From Pristiophorus japonicus (Eukaryota), in the NCBI RefSeq assembly GCF_044704955.1, contig NC_091990.1:9052001-9116000 (forward strand): a stretch of 64,000 nucleotides of DNA. The letters run 5' to 3'. Position numbers and translations under genes: made by a program. The notes under the pieces were generated by a model. The model saw nothing but the letters and a program-made list of their open reading frames with translations, was not told the DNA's origin and made no database searches. Below, piece by piece: positions 37,054-49,947 of this stretch. Numbering within the stretch: position 1 is the first letter of the stretch; each line of letters begins with the position of its first letter.

Positions 37054-37229
37054 GTAATGTCAATTGTTTAAAAACTCAATCCAGGACTAATTAGTGCTGC
37101 GTAATTATAAAAATCAACATTGTGAATGGTAGACTTCGTCTTGTGTCTTTGGGAACCTTACACTGCATTAGTTAGGGTATGCCAAAGAGAAGTCCGTTAG
37201 TGAGATGGTCCATAAACTGTTAAATCATC

Positions 37230-37557
37230 AACTACAAGATGTGCTGCAGCACCTCCCAAACCCGCAACCTCTACCCCCTAGAAGGACAAGGACAGCAGGC
37301 GCATGGGAACACCACCACCTCCACGTTCCCTCCAAGTCACACACCATCCTGACTTGGAAATATATCGGCCGTTCCTTCATCGTCGCTGGGTCACAATCCT
37401 GGAACTCCCCCTCCCTAACAGTACTGTGGGAGCACCTTCACCACACGGACTGCAGCGGTTCAAGAAGGCGGCTCACCACCACCTTCTCGAGGGCAATTAG
37501 GGATGGGCAATAAATGCCGGCCTTGCCAGCGACGCCCACATCCCATGAACGAATTTT
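37230..37557 (+). mobile_element. CR1-group LINE 3' fragment in the ZNF593 intron
   Basis: Homologous to 27478-27850. Confidence 0.7.
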
Positions 37558-38279
37558 TAAAAAGGCATGACAGAAGGAGATACGATACTTGATTTACTTT
37601 CGATTACAGTCAGTGACTAATACTGATTGGGTGCTAGCAACCATCTGGTACTTTGCCCAAGTGGCCATTGTTGATGCACAAACCTAGACTGTAAGCAGCG
37701 GCAGGTTATGCCTACAAAGGCACCACAGTGTGCCAGAATCTTTCCGTACCCATTGACTATATAAGTGCACCTTTAGCCGGGGTTACAGAAAGCAATTAGG
37801 AGTAGGAATCCTGGTTCACTTACTGAACCCTCTTTGCCCTCACCTCCCACTTCAGTTGAGGAAGACGAAGGCCAATTATAAAACCCCCTCTAATGCTGAT
37901 TCACGTGCACTTTAACCATTGAACGTAGGGGCTTCAAATCCCAGTCGGAGTTCATCCTTTTCTGATATGCATTTCTAACCGAGGTCGCGAGTTAGCGATC
38001 AGTCACGAGAACCTGGACCAGATTTCCTTTCCCAGAGCTAGGTTCTGCTGTGACCAGAGACTGGTGATGTTGCCTGGTCTGTATCAGCTGCTCACGGGAT
38101 AAGCTTGGTGAGCTGTTGGGGGAGCCTGCATCTGTTTAAGGCGTTTAACATAATACTGGAACAATTTGAGTCCGCTGGTCGAACAGGACCATGAAAGAGA
38201 TCTGCAATCCAGTCATCTTTGCTCATTTATAAAACCAATGTTGAATGTTTATCCTGGTTCTTGTGGGTGTTTTCTCCAG

Positions 38280-38412
38280 GCTGAAGCAGCTGAGCGAGGC
38301 GCCGTACACGCAGGAAGAAGCCGACCGAGCAGCAGGAATGGGATCCTATTTACCGGCAAAGAAATTCAAAGTCGAGACTCAGACAATGGAGGAAGAAATG
38401 AAAATATCGTAA
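38280..38412 (+). CDS. ZNF593: ZNF593 last coding exon (protein totals 131 aa)
   Basis: TTTCTCCAG|G CTG AAG gives [43 protein letters not shown]; AATAAA at 38463-38468. Confidence 0.95.
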
Positions 38413-38850
38413 TTACTGCATTCGATGTTATAGAAAATGAGACTTGTCTCTTTAAAAAAAATAATAAAAGCAGCTCTTCTAATATTGATCAGAGTCTGTT
38501 ATACATTTTCACAATCTCAAAGACTTGCTGGTTTTGATCTTGTTCATTCAGCTGACCATCCTAAATACCAGCATCGCATTCTTAAAACATACACCTAAAA
38601 CGGGCAATTTCGAGTCGACTTGTGCTGCTTTATCTATGGGCGGACTTGGATTGTAATCTTTGCGCCTGTTGTGTAAACTGGCTACAGATAAACAAATCCC
38701 ACTGAGGCTGAGTGCATTATGTTGGTTCTTTACAGTGGTGCAAGAATAGCTAGATTCACTGATTAGAATTTGCGATGGATGGATGTCGAATAGCAACAGA
38801 AGGTGAGCAGTTCCGCTGCTGAGTCTAACCAGTGTTCCCCTGAAGGTGTG

Positions 38851-38922
38851 CGGCCAATCGGGAGGTCCGGTGCCCAGCCAATCGGGAGGTCCCGTGCCCG
38901 GCCAATTGGGAAGTCCGGTGCA
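38851..38922 (+). repeat. 3 x 24-bp tandem repeat, each unit carrying CCAAT
   Basis: CGGCCAATCGGGAGGTCCGGTGCC / CAGCCAATCGGGAGGTCCCGTGCC / CGGCCAATTGGGAAGTCCGGTGCA. Confidence 0.85.
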
Positions 38923-38944
38923 GGACGCTCACCAGGTGCTGCCG

Positions 38945-39285
38945 CTGGATGCGGGGAGGATGTTTCCCCCGGGGCTGGGAAGTCTAGAACAAGGGGTCAC
39001 AGTTTCAGGATACGGGGTAGGAAATTTAGGACCGAGATGAGGAGAAATGTTTTCACTCAGGGTGATGAACCTGTGGAATTCTCTACCACAGAAAGCTGTG
39101 GAGGCCAAGTCACTGAATATATTTAAGAGGGAGATTGATAGATTTCTCGAAACAAAAGGCATCAAGGGGTATGGGGAGAAAGCGGGAATATAATGTTGAG
39201 CTAGAGGATCAGCCATGATCATATTGAATGGCGGTGCAGGCTCGAAGGGCCGAATGGCCTGCTACTGCTCCTATTTTCTATATTT
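38945..39285 (+). mobile_element. CR1 LINE 3' end
   Basis: LDAGRMFP..SRTRGHSFRIRG and the CR1 terminal stem-loop. Confidence 0.85.
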
Positions 39286-39555
39286 CACCCCTCTGAATGT
39301 CCTGTCGGTTGTTCAGCCAATTAACTGGAAATTCAAATTCATTAAAACATCATAAAAATTGCACAATTTCTTCTAAACATGTGTTGCCTTGCAGAAACCT
39401 CAATTGATACATTTTTCAAAACATATTTGCCAGTTGCCTAGCTAATAAACTAAAAGCCCAAAACATATATTTTATCATGATAATGACATCTGCTTAATCT
39501 GGACTAGCATTTGAACAATGGATTGAAATAGAGGAACAGTACTTTGCCACAACTC

Positions 39556-40125
39556 ATCATCATAGGCCGTACCTCGAAGCGAGGATGACTTGCTTCCACG
39601 TCAAAAAGGGATGAGTTCACAGTGTTTCAATGAAGGACCTAATATTCCGGATCCCGAACTGCATCCTGAAGGGTGGAAGATGCCTGTGCGTGGATTTTTT
39701 AACGTGGGGTGGCCGTTGCACACCAGCCACCACACGGGCTTGACAGAGCGAGGTCTTGGTCCAGCGGCAAGGATTAACCAGGACGACTGGAGACCTGCTC
39801 TGCTGCACGGACCCAGTGCGCGCACACATCGCAGTGTGGGCTGGGCCCATGCTGCCCCTGGGCCCTCGGCTCTTCTGGCCCTGAACTCGTGCCTCTCCTG
39901 GGCCCCGATCATGTCGCTCCACGATCTCTCGCCACTCCTGCTGTACCTGCCCACACTCCAATCAGCGACCGGGAACTTGATGACGTCCAATCCAGTTGCC
40001 GTTCGCGCTGCTCCCTGGAGGGGTGTGCCGCCACGCGCCGCTCCTTTTATGGCCTCGTCCTGCCGCTGATGGTCTCTCGCAGGCCGGGGCCGCCGCGCTG
40101 TTCTAGGTCGCCACAACAACTGCTC
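39556..40125 (-). mobile_element. Non-autonomous element with an RTE-type 3' tail (copy 2)
   Basis: Inverted homologue of 26790-27327; (ATG)n tail at 39556. Confidence 0.7.
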
Positions 40126-40373
40126 ACCGATAACCTGCTACATTGATATATGAAATTGCAGTATTAATAAGTAAAATTTGTAAATGATCCATTATAACCA
40201 ATCAATCAGCCCAACCTTTACCCCAAATTTTTTCTACTCCTTTCCCGACACAGCTGTTTTACAGCATCAGTCGCTCACCCAGCTGGGCATGCTTCATCTG
40301 TGAGCCCAGAAAGTGACTATTAGCATTTTATTCAAATGCTGAGGCCATTGCAAACAGTCTAATTGGTAATTTA

Positions 40374-40576
40374 ACTCTTTTGAGTTTACCTGCGAAAACA
40401 TAAAACATTAAACGGTGCCACCCGACCTGGGTGACACTCCAGACATTTACAAGGCCCTTTTTTTTTTTTTTCCCCCCCCTTTTTTTGTTTTTTTTGTGTT
40501 TTTCTTTTTTTGGTTTTTTTTTTTGGGCACTAAAATCACAATTTTCCCCAGTGCCCCCTATAAAAGGGAAGGGGGA
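40374..40576 (-). mobile_element. Tx1-family 3'-UTR-only insertion
   Basis: Close match to 55728-55920; perfect 15-bp TSD CTAATTGGTAATTTA at 40359-40373 and 40577-40591. Confidence 0.88.
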
Positions 40577-40699
40577 CTAATTGGTAATTTATCTCTTTAT
40601 TCTTTGTGGTACCTTGCTGTGTGCTGATTGACTGCTGTGATATTCTTTCCTTTTTCTCTCTTTCACTCTCTTTCTCGCTCTCTAAACCTTTCTCCCTCT

Positions 40700-42448
40700 A
40701 AACCCATGGAGATGGCAGAAACTCTGAACAAATATTTTGTATCAGTCTTTACAGTAGAGGACACTAACAATATTCCAACAGTGGATAGTCAAGGGGCGAT
40801 AGCGGGGGAGGAACTTAACACAATCACAATCACTAAGAAGGTGGTACTCAGTAAGATAATGGGACTAAAGGCAGATAAATCCCCTGGACCTGATGGCTTG
40901 CATCCTTGGGTCTTAAGAGAAGTAGCAGCAGGGATTGTGGATGCATTGGTTGTAATTTACCAAAATTCCCTGGATTCTGGGGAGGACCCAGCAGATTGGA
41001 AAACTGCAAATGTAACGCCCCTATTTAAAAAAAAAAAGAAGGCAAACAAAAAACAGGAAACTATAGACCAGTTAGCCTAACATCTGTTGGGAAAATGTTG
41101 GAGTCCATTATTAAAGAAGCAGTAGCAGGACATTTGGAAAAGCAAAATTCGGTCAGGCAGAGTCAGCATGGATTTATGAAGGAGAAGTCATGTTTGACAA
41201 ATTTGCTGGAGTTCTTTGAGGATGTAACGAACAGAGTGGATAAAGAGGAACCAGTGGATGTGGTGTATTTGGACATCCAGAAGGCATTTGACAAGGTGCC
41301 ACATAAAAGGTTACTGCACAAGATAAAAGTTCACGGGGTTGGGGGTAATATATTAGCATGGATAGAGGATTGGCTAACTAACAGAAAACAGAGAGTCGGG
41401 ATAAATGGTTCATTCTCTGGTTGGCAACCAGTAACTAGTGGGGTGCCGCAGGGATCAGTGCTGGGACCCCAACTATTTATAATTATATTAACGACTTGGA
41501 AGAAGGGACTGAGTGTAACGTAGCCAAGTTTGCTGACAATACAAAGATGGGAGGAAATGCAATGTGTGAGGACACAAAAAATCTGCAAAAGGACTTAGAA
41601 AGGCTAAGTGAGTGGGCAAAAAAATTGGCAGATGGAGTATAATGTTGGAAAGTATGAGGTCATGCACTTTGGCAGAAAAAAATCAAAGAGCAAGTTATTA
41701 TTTAAATGGAGAAAGATTGCAAAGTGCCGCAGTACAGCAGGACCTGGGTGTACTTGTGCATGAAACACAAAAGGATAGTATGCAGGTAGAGAAAGTGATC
41801 AGGAAGGCCAATGGAATTTTGGCCTTTATTGCAAAGGGGATGGAGTATAAAAGCAGGGAAGTCTTGCTACAGCTATACAAGGTATTGGTGAGGTCACACC
41901 TGGAATACTGTGTGCAGTTTTGGTTTCCATATTTACGAGAGGATATACTTGTTTTGGAGGCTGTTTAAAGAAGGTTCACTAGGTTGATTCCAGGGATGAG
42001 TGGTTTGACTTATGAGGAAAGGTTGAGTAGATTGGGCCTCTACTTATTGGAGTTCAGAAGAATGAATGGTGATCTTATCAAAACGTATAAGATTATGAGG
42101 GGGCTTGACAAGGTGGATGCAGAGAGGATGTTTCCACTGATGGGGGAGACTAGAACTAGAGGGCATGATCTTAGAATAAGGGGCCGCCCATTTAAAACAG
42201 ATGAGAAGGAATTTCTTCTCTCAGAAGGTTGTAAATCTGTGGAATTTGCTTCCTCGGCGAGCTGTGGAAGCTGGGACATTGAATAAATTTAAGACAGAAA
42301 TAGACAGTTCCTTGAGCGATAAGGGGTTATGGGGAATGGGCGGGAAATGGAGCTGAGTCCATGATCAGATCAGCCATGATCTTATTGAATGGCGGAGCAG
42401 GCTCGAGGGGCTATATGGTCGACTCCTGCTCCTATTTCTTATGTTCTA
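40700..42448 (+). mobile_element. CR1 LINE, 5'-truncated, with degraded RT
   Basis: [45 protein letters not shown]; CR1 tail. Confidence 0.93.
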
Positions 42449-43671
42449 ATAGATAGAGGTTCTGCTCCATTGCCCCCAGTTATAACCCCCTTGGGTTGCA
42501 TACATTCCTGTTTCTTTTTGCAACGTAACAGGAACACACGTTCATTCTCTTGCATTGAGGTCTATTATAGCATTCTTACTGCTCAGAATATCTAATACCT
42601 GAGAGTGAGTTACTGCCCTCATTGGCAGTTTCCACAATATTGTAAATTACATGCATGAAGACCAAATGATTTACAATGTTTTGCAGCCCTTCAGTTGCAT
42701 TACAGTGATTGACTCAATAATCTGTCATATCTATCACTTGTATTGCATGTGTCAGGTATTAAATTAAAATTAATTATTTGTTAAGTTCTCGGATTTCCTG
42801 GAAGTTATCAGCGCCTCGGGCAGTGGTGCTGTGATTATCAGCATTGCGTGTTTATCAGAAAATAGTTGGCAAATTACAGGAAATTCCAGCCAATGGCTAA
42901 ATTTAGGACATCTGTTGGGTAGAATTTTGGGATGCAACATTTTGATTTAAACCTTTTTGTCATAAATGAACAGTAAAAAATTATCTTTTTTTTATACTTA
43001 AAAATGTTAGCCCACCTCCCTAACTCTCCTCTTAACTTCTGCTTAATATCTGAAACTCCCACCTTCAGTGAGCATGGACATCTAACTGCGTTAGAAATGC
43101 TTTAAGTATATTTAATTTTTTTTTACATTAATAAAATTATTTTCACACTCAAAGAAACTATTTCACTCAGCAATTTTCTATTTTTTAAATACATATGCAT
43201 TCTCATTCGATGACCTTGCTTCAGTTTCAATAATAGCTTTGGCCATTTTCCATTTACACCATTTTTTAAAAAAAGCATTTTCAGTTCAAGGTGAAGATGT
43301 AAAGCAATGTATTCCAATAATGATCCGAATTCTGAGCTATCTTTTCTGTAAGTGAACTTAAATCAGTGAGCCTTGGTTTTTCTTTACAATGTTGCTTTCC
43401 AAACAAGCAATATAACTTTCAGAGTAATGTCATTACCGGAAAGTATGTGGGACCTGCATCCTGCGGGAACACTGTTTTACACTGATTAATAGAAAATGAC
43501 CTTTATCAGAAAATTCAAATCATTAGTAAAAATAGCAGCTCCATGTATATTGTGTGAATAAAAGGGACAGACTAAGGTAGTCTGGCTCAAACGAAATTGG
43601 TCGAACAGATTTTGAGCCTTTGAATGTTTGTTGCTGACATGGAGAAAAACTTGCGTCTACAGCATAAGGGG

Positions 43672-44250
43672 TCATCATCATCATAGAAGTCCCTCGGAAT
43701 CGAGGAAGACTTGCTTCCACTCTAAAAATTAGTCCTTAGGTGGCTGAACAGTCCAATACGAGAACCACAGTCCCTGTCACAGGTGGGACAGATAGTCGTT
43801 GAGGGAAGGGGTGGGTGGGACTGGTTTGCCGCACGCTCTTTCCGCTGCCTGCGCTTGGTTTCTGCATGCTCTCGGCGACGAGACTCGAGGTGCTCAGCGT
43901 CCTCCCGGATGCACTTCCTCCACTTAGGGCGGTCTTTGGCCAGGGACTCCCAGGTGTCGGTGGGGATGTTGCACTTTATCAGGGAGGCTTTGAGGGCGTT
44001 CTTGTAACGTTTCCTCTGCCCACCTTTGGCTCGCTTGCCGTGAAGGAGTTCCGAGTAGAGCGCTTGCTTTGGGAGCCTCGTGTCTGGCATGCGAATTATG
44101 TGGCCTGCCCAGCGGAGCTGATCAAGTGTGGTCAGTGCTTCAATGCTGGGGATGTTGGCTTGGTTGAGGACGCTAACGTTGGTGCGTCTGTCCTCCCAGG
44201 GGATTTGTAGGATCTTGGGAGAAATCGTTGGTGATATTTCTCCAATGACT
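43672..44250 (-). mobile_element. RTE LINE 3' fragment
   Basis: ILQIPWEDRRTN..RWAGHIIRMPDTRLPKQ..CPTCDRDCGSRIGLFSH; (ATG)n tail. Confidence 0.92.
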
Positions 44251-44669
44251 TGGGGTAGAGCAATCACAACAACATCTTGCATTTATATAGCACCTAATGG
44301 TTTTATGTGCTAACACAAGTGATAGTTTCAACATTTGTTTTCTGAGATTCTGTGCTGATTTAAAATGAGTGAACCAGCTCACTCAATGCAGCAAGAGAAT
44401 TTCCCTTCCTTACTCAAAGGCTGCAAGCCCCTGGTACCTCACCCAAATTGATTCTCAACTGAGTGATGTGCGATAATTGGCCTCAGAAGTTCCTGGAGCC
44501 ACATTGCAAAGTGAGAAAGGCCTTAATAGCCAGCCGTCCAGATTACGCAGTTTCATGTATTTTTTCAATCTTCCTATTTTGCTAAATGTACTGATCAGGG
44601 AGACTGGAGAAATCAATGGAAAAGAGGCACAATTGGGAAAGATTACTGCAGTAAAATACCAAGAGCAAG

Positions 44670-45025
44670 TAATCTAGGCTGACACTCCAGTGCAGTGCTG
44701 AGGGAGTGCTGCACTATTGGAGGTGCCATTGTTAAACCGAGGCTCCGTCTGCTCTCTCAGGTGGAGATAAAAGATCCCATGGCACTATTTTGAAGAAGAG
44801 CAGGGGAGTTCTGGCCAATATTTATCCCTCAACCAACATCACTAAAACAACTTAGCTGGTCATTATCGCATTGCTGTTTGTGGGAGCCTGCTGTGCGCAA
44901 ATTGGCTGCCACAATTCTAACATTACAACAGTGACCGCACTTCAAAAGTACTTCATTGGTTGTAAAGCACTTTGGGATGTCCTAGGTCATGGAAAGGGCT
45001 ATATAAATGCATGTCTTTCTTTCTT
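44670..45025 (+). mobile_element. Deu-SINE copy with a single, unexpanded minisatellite seed
   Basis: TCTAGGCTGACACTCCAGTGCAGTGCTGAGGGAGTGCTGCACTATTGGAGGTGCC, then the Deu core and tail. Confidence 0.8.
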
Positions 45026-45949
45026 TATCTTTATTTCTAAAACAGGCATTGTTTACTGTCAATAATTAACATTTCTTTTAAAAATAAATCAGATTAGAAT
45101 GAGGTAAAAATTGCCTGCTTGGTTTTCTCTCTAGTGTCGCTATCTATCTTTGTCTCATATGTCTCAACAAAATAGCGAAATAATTAGCTGACTTCAAAGT
45201 TCCGTTGGTGATTTTTAATGAAAATTAAAGTAATATCACATAGAGAAAGACACACTCTTTCTCCTCTTCAATCCCTTGCTCTCTTTTTTTCTCTCTCTCT
45301 CTCTCTGACCCCCGTCTCAGCCATCAACCTCTCTCTCTTTCATTTTCTAAAATTTATAGAACACAAAACAAAGGCTACAACGCATGTGGAGCTAGTGTTG
45401 ATCATTTCAGCCTCTCTTTAGAAAAGACACTCTATGAATTATATCCCAATAAAGCTTTTCCAATTTGTTATCTAACTTTTCTTCAAATAATTTTGAAACC
45501 GGAACTGTTGGGAGCTAAAGAAAAACATACTTCAGAATGGCACAGAGGTACACGGCACGATCCAAATTAATCTCTCAGCATCACATACTCTGGATAAAAT
45601 ATCAAATCCAAGCCCAGGCTTTAGGAACTGGCTGAGGCCTTCAAGTGAAAACTGTAACGAAGGCATTAAAAGATAACCCAATTGTAAAACTTTGTCATGT
45701 TGTTAAATATGTATTTTTTAATTTAATTTAATTTTTGGTTATACCCTTACTTGGTCATGGAATTTCAAATGACAGTGATAAAAACATTTCAAACTGGGAG
45801 AATTGTGGAAAGCAGTGGTCGGACTGTGAGGATTCTATTCAAGTGTTTCCATTATAAATGTGGATATAGGAACGCATAACAAAAAAATTACCACAAGTGT
45901 GGTAAAAATGTGACAACATGAATTCAAATGGCAGACAATAAGTGTGTAC

Positions 45950-47660
45950 ATAGAAACATAGAAAATAGGTGCAGGTGTAGGCCATTTGGCCCTTCGAGCC
46001 TGCGCCACCATTCAATAAGATCATGGCTGATCACTCCCTCAGTACCCCTTTCCTGCTTTCTCTCCATACCCCTTGATCCCTTTAGCCATAAGGGCAATAT
46101 TGAACTCCCTCTTGAATATATCCAATGAACTGGTATCAACAACTCTCTGAGGTAGGGCATTCCACAGGTTCATAACTCTCTGAGTGAAGAAGTTTCTCCT
46201 CATCTCGGTCCTAAATGGTTTACCTCTTATCCTTAGACTATGTCCCCTTGTTCTGGACTTCCCAACATCGGGAACATTCTTCCTGCATCTAACTTGTCCA
46301 GTCCCGTCATAATTTTATATGTTTCTATGAGATCCCCTCTCATTCTTCTAAACTCCAGTGAATAGAGGCCCAATCGATCCAGTCTCTCCTCATATGTCAG
46401 TCCTGCCATCCCGGAAATCGGTCTGGTGAACCTTTGCTGCACTCCCTCAATAGCAAGAACGTCCTTCCTCAGATTTGTGACCAAAACTGGACACAATATT
46501 CCAGGTGAGGCCTCACTAAGGCCCTGTACACCTCCCTGCTCCTATACTCAAATCCCCTAGCTATGAAGGCCAGCATACCATTTGCCTTCTTCACCGCCTG
46601 CTGTACCTGCATGTCAACTTTCAATGACTGATGTACCATGACACCCAGGTCTCGTTGCACCTCCCCTTTTCTGATAATATTCTGCCTTCGTGTTTTTGCC
46701 ACCAAAGTGGATAACCTCACATTTATCCACATTATACTGCATTTGCCACGCGTTTGCCCTCTCACCTAACCTGTCCAAGTCACCCTGCAGCCTTTTAGCG
46801 TCCTCCTCACAGCTCACACCGGCACCCAGCTTAGTGTCATCTACAAACTTGGAGATATTACACTCATCCAAATCATTAATGTATATTGTAAATAGCTGGG
46901 GTCCCAGCACTGAGCCCTGCGGCACCCCACTAGTCACTGCCTGCCATTCTGAAAAGTACCCGTTTATCCCGGCTCTCTGCTTCCTGTCTACCAACCAATT
47001 CTCTATCCACGTCAATACATTACCCCCAATACCATGTGCTTTAATATTGCACATCAATCTCTTGTGTGGGACCTTTTCAAAAAATTCCAGCAGATTTGTC
47101 AAGCAGGATTTCCCTTTCATAAATCCATGCTGACTTGGACCGATTCCATCACTGCTTTCCAAATGTGCTGCTATTTCATCTTTAATAATTGATTCCAACA
47201 TTTTCCCCACTACTGATGTCAGGCTAACTGGCCTATAATTCCCTGTTTTCTCTCTTCCTCCTTTTTTAAAAAGTGGGGTTACATTAGCTACCCTCCAGTC
47301 CATAGGAACCGACGCAGAGTCGATAGACTGTTGGAAAATGATCACTAATGCATCCACTATTTCTAGGGCTACTTCCTTAAGTACTCTGGGATGTAGACTA
47401 TCAGACCCCGGGGATTTATCGGCCTTCAATCCCATCAATTTCCTCAACACAATTTCCCGCCTAATAAGAATTTCCTTCAGTTCCTCCTTCTCACTAGACC
47501 CTCGGTCCCCTAGTATTTCCGGAAGATTATTTGTGGCTTCCTTTGTGAAGACAGAACCAAAGTATTTGTTTAACTGGTCCACCATTTCTTTGTGACTGCA
47601 AGGGACCTACGTTTGTTTTCACTAATCTTTTTCTCTTCACATATCTATAGAAGCTTTTTC
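45950..47660 (-). mobile_element. CR1 LINE, 5'-truncated
   Basis: 323-aa ORF with RT motifs [39 protein letters not shown]; (TTTCTATG)n tail. Confidence 0.93.
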
Positions 47661-47684
47661 AGATATGAAATGTTTAATATATTA

Positions 47685-48830
47685 TAGGCTTTCTCCTCCG
47701 AGTCGAGGATGACTTGCTTCCACATTAAAAGTGAATTCTCAGGTGACTGAAGAGTCTAATGCGGGATCTACAGACTCTATCACAGGTGGGGCAGACGATG
47801 GTTGGAGGGACGGGTGGGTGGGTGGGGGGCCTGGGTTGCCGTGTGCTCCTTCCGCTGTCGACGCTTGGCTTCAGCTTACTCTTGGTGAAGAGGCTCGAGG
47901 TGTTCAGCGCCTTCCCGGATGCTTTTCCTCCAGTTTGGGCGGTCATTGGGTCAGGGATTCCCAGGTGTCGATGGGGATGTTGCACTTTTTCAACGAGGCT
48001 TTGAGGGTGTCCTTGAAGTGTTTTCTCTGTCCACCTGGGGCTCGCTTGCCATGTCAGAGCTCTGAGTAGAGCGCTTGCTTTGGGAGTCTCGTGTCAGGCA
48101 TGCGGACGATGTGGCCCGTCCAACGGAGCTGATCGAGTGTGGTCAGTGCTTCGATGCTGATGTTGGTGCATCTATCCTGCCAATGGAGGAGTTTGGTGCC
48201 GGGTTTGAGGTCCGAGTCTTCAAACATTCTCTTCCTCAGGCGATCAAAGGCTGCACTGGCACACTGAAGGTGGTGTTGGACCTCGTCGTCGATGCCTGCC
48301 CTTGTTGACAGTAGGCTCCTGAGGTCCAAGGCCTCATCGTGGATCTTGATAATCGGGGGGCAGTGCTGTGTGGCGGGGGCAGGTTGGTAGAGGAACTTTG
48401 TATTACGGATGTTTAGTGTAAGACCTATGCTCTCGTACGCCTCGGTGAAGATGTTGACGACGGCTTGGAGTTCGGCCTCCAAGTGTACGCAGACGCAAGC
48501 GTCATCTGTGCATTGTATTTCGATGATGGAGGATGGGACGACCTTGAATCTGGCCGAGAGGTGGCAGAGATTGAACAGATTCCCGTTTGTCCCGTAATTT
48601 AGCTCCACTCCAGCGGGGGGGCTTGCTGATGTGGTGAAGCATTGCAGCAAGGAAGATCGAGAAGAGCGTTGGTGCGATGACACAGCCTTGCTTGACCCCG
48701 GTCCATTCATGGATTGGATCCGTAGTGGATCCGCTGGTCAGGATCACGGCTTGCCTGTCATCGTGGAGCAGGCGGAGAATGGTGACAAACTTTTGAGGGC
48801 AGCCGAATCTGAAGAGGACGCTCCATAATC
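47685..48830 (-). mobile_element. RTE LINE fragment
   Basis: RFGCPQKFV..GVKQGCVIAPTLF..GLTLNI..RWTGHIVRMPDTRLPKQ. Confidence 0.9.
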
Positions 48831-49947
48831 CCTCACATAACCATCTCCCTGCCTGACAACGGAGGCAGCGTGAGTCTGGAGCAGCTGGAGGGAGTTTTAA
48901 ACATAAGCTGCTCCCTGACAATGGAGGCAGCTCAAGCCTGGCGCAGCGGGGCGGTGGGGGTGCGGGGGGGGGATTTTCAACCTGAAGCAGCTGGAGGCAG
49001 CTCGAGCCTGGAGCTATTACAGGCCCTGTCAAGGGGACAAAACGAGAAATAAAAAGTAATAAAATTATGACATCACAAGGATGGAGGACAGTGATTGGTT
49101 CTCCCATATTAATTGAATCACTGGACAGGGAATTAATTTTAAAGAAAGTTAATAACTGATTTAATTTGATTCAATTGCTGATTTTCTCATTTTAACTTAA
49201 TTTATGATTATGGTATATATTATTTAATTTTGTTTAATTATAATTGATCTTTATTATATTGATTTTACTATTGTATGAGCCCAACAGGTCCGTGCCGGTG
49301 TTTATGCTCCACACCAGCCCCCTCCCATCCCTATTCGTCTCACCCCATCAGCATATCCTTCTATTCCTTTCTCCCTCATGTAAACGTTTAACCAGTTTCC
49401 CGTTAAATGCGTCGATACTATTCGCCTCATTGTATTATTTACAATGTAATTTGAATTGCTTTTTTAAGTTTTTTCACCTGTCTCTATCTGCGAGCGCATT
49501 TTGGCTGCTGCTTCGGACCCGAGCCTTTAACCTCTCTTTACAATTCCTTCTCATGTTTTTTCTCTCTTTCCCTCCCTGGTCAATAGCTAACGTGTTATAA
49601 AATTGTTGTGAAGCGCCTTGAGTCGTTTTACTACGTTAAAGGCGCTATATAAATAAAAGTTATTATTAAATTATTATCTGCCACACAGTGAAGATCATGT
49701 CCATTGGGCCCCCTAGTGGGCGGAATCCACATTGAGACTCTGGGAGGAGCTCTTCAGCCACAGGGAGAAGGCGATTGAGGAGGATTCTTGCGATCATTCT
49801 TGATATTATAGGTAGCTATGGGTAATCAGTGAGGCAATGGAGAATTACACAATGTGCAGCCCAGAAACAGGCCAATCGGCCCACCTGCTCCGTGCCGGTG
49901 TTTATGTTCCACACGAGCCTCCTCCCACCCCTCTCCATCTCCCCTCC

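Noticed and set aside
38548-38796. Minus-strand ORF ending ATG|GTCAGC as the missing TM exon of the TMCO2-like paralogue
   Set aside because: No convincing TM helix, no similarity to exon 17808-18098, and a weak donor.
45529-45770. Possible minus-strand splice sites suggesting small exons
   Set aside because: The frame I could read closes quickly and matches no known protein; cannot be supported without RNA data.
35990-45900. ZNF593OS or C1orf232 orthologues near ZNF593
   Set aside because: No matching peptide found by eye in the unique sequence I translated; the search was not exhaustive.
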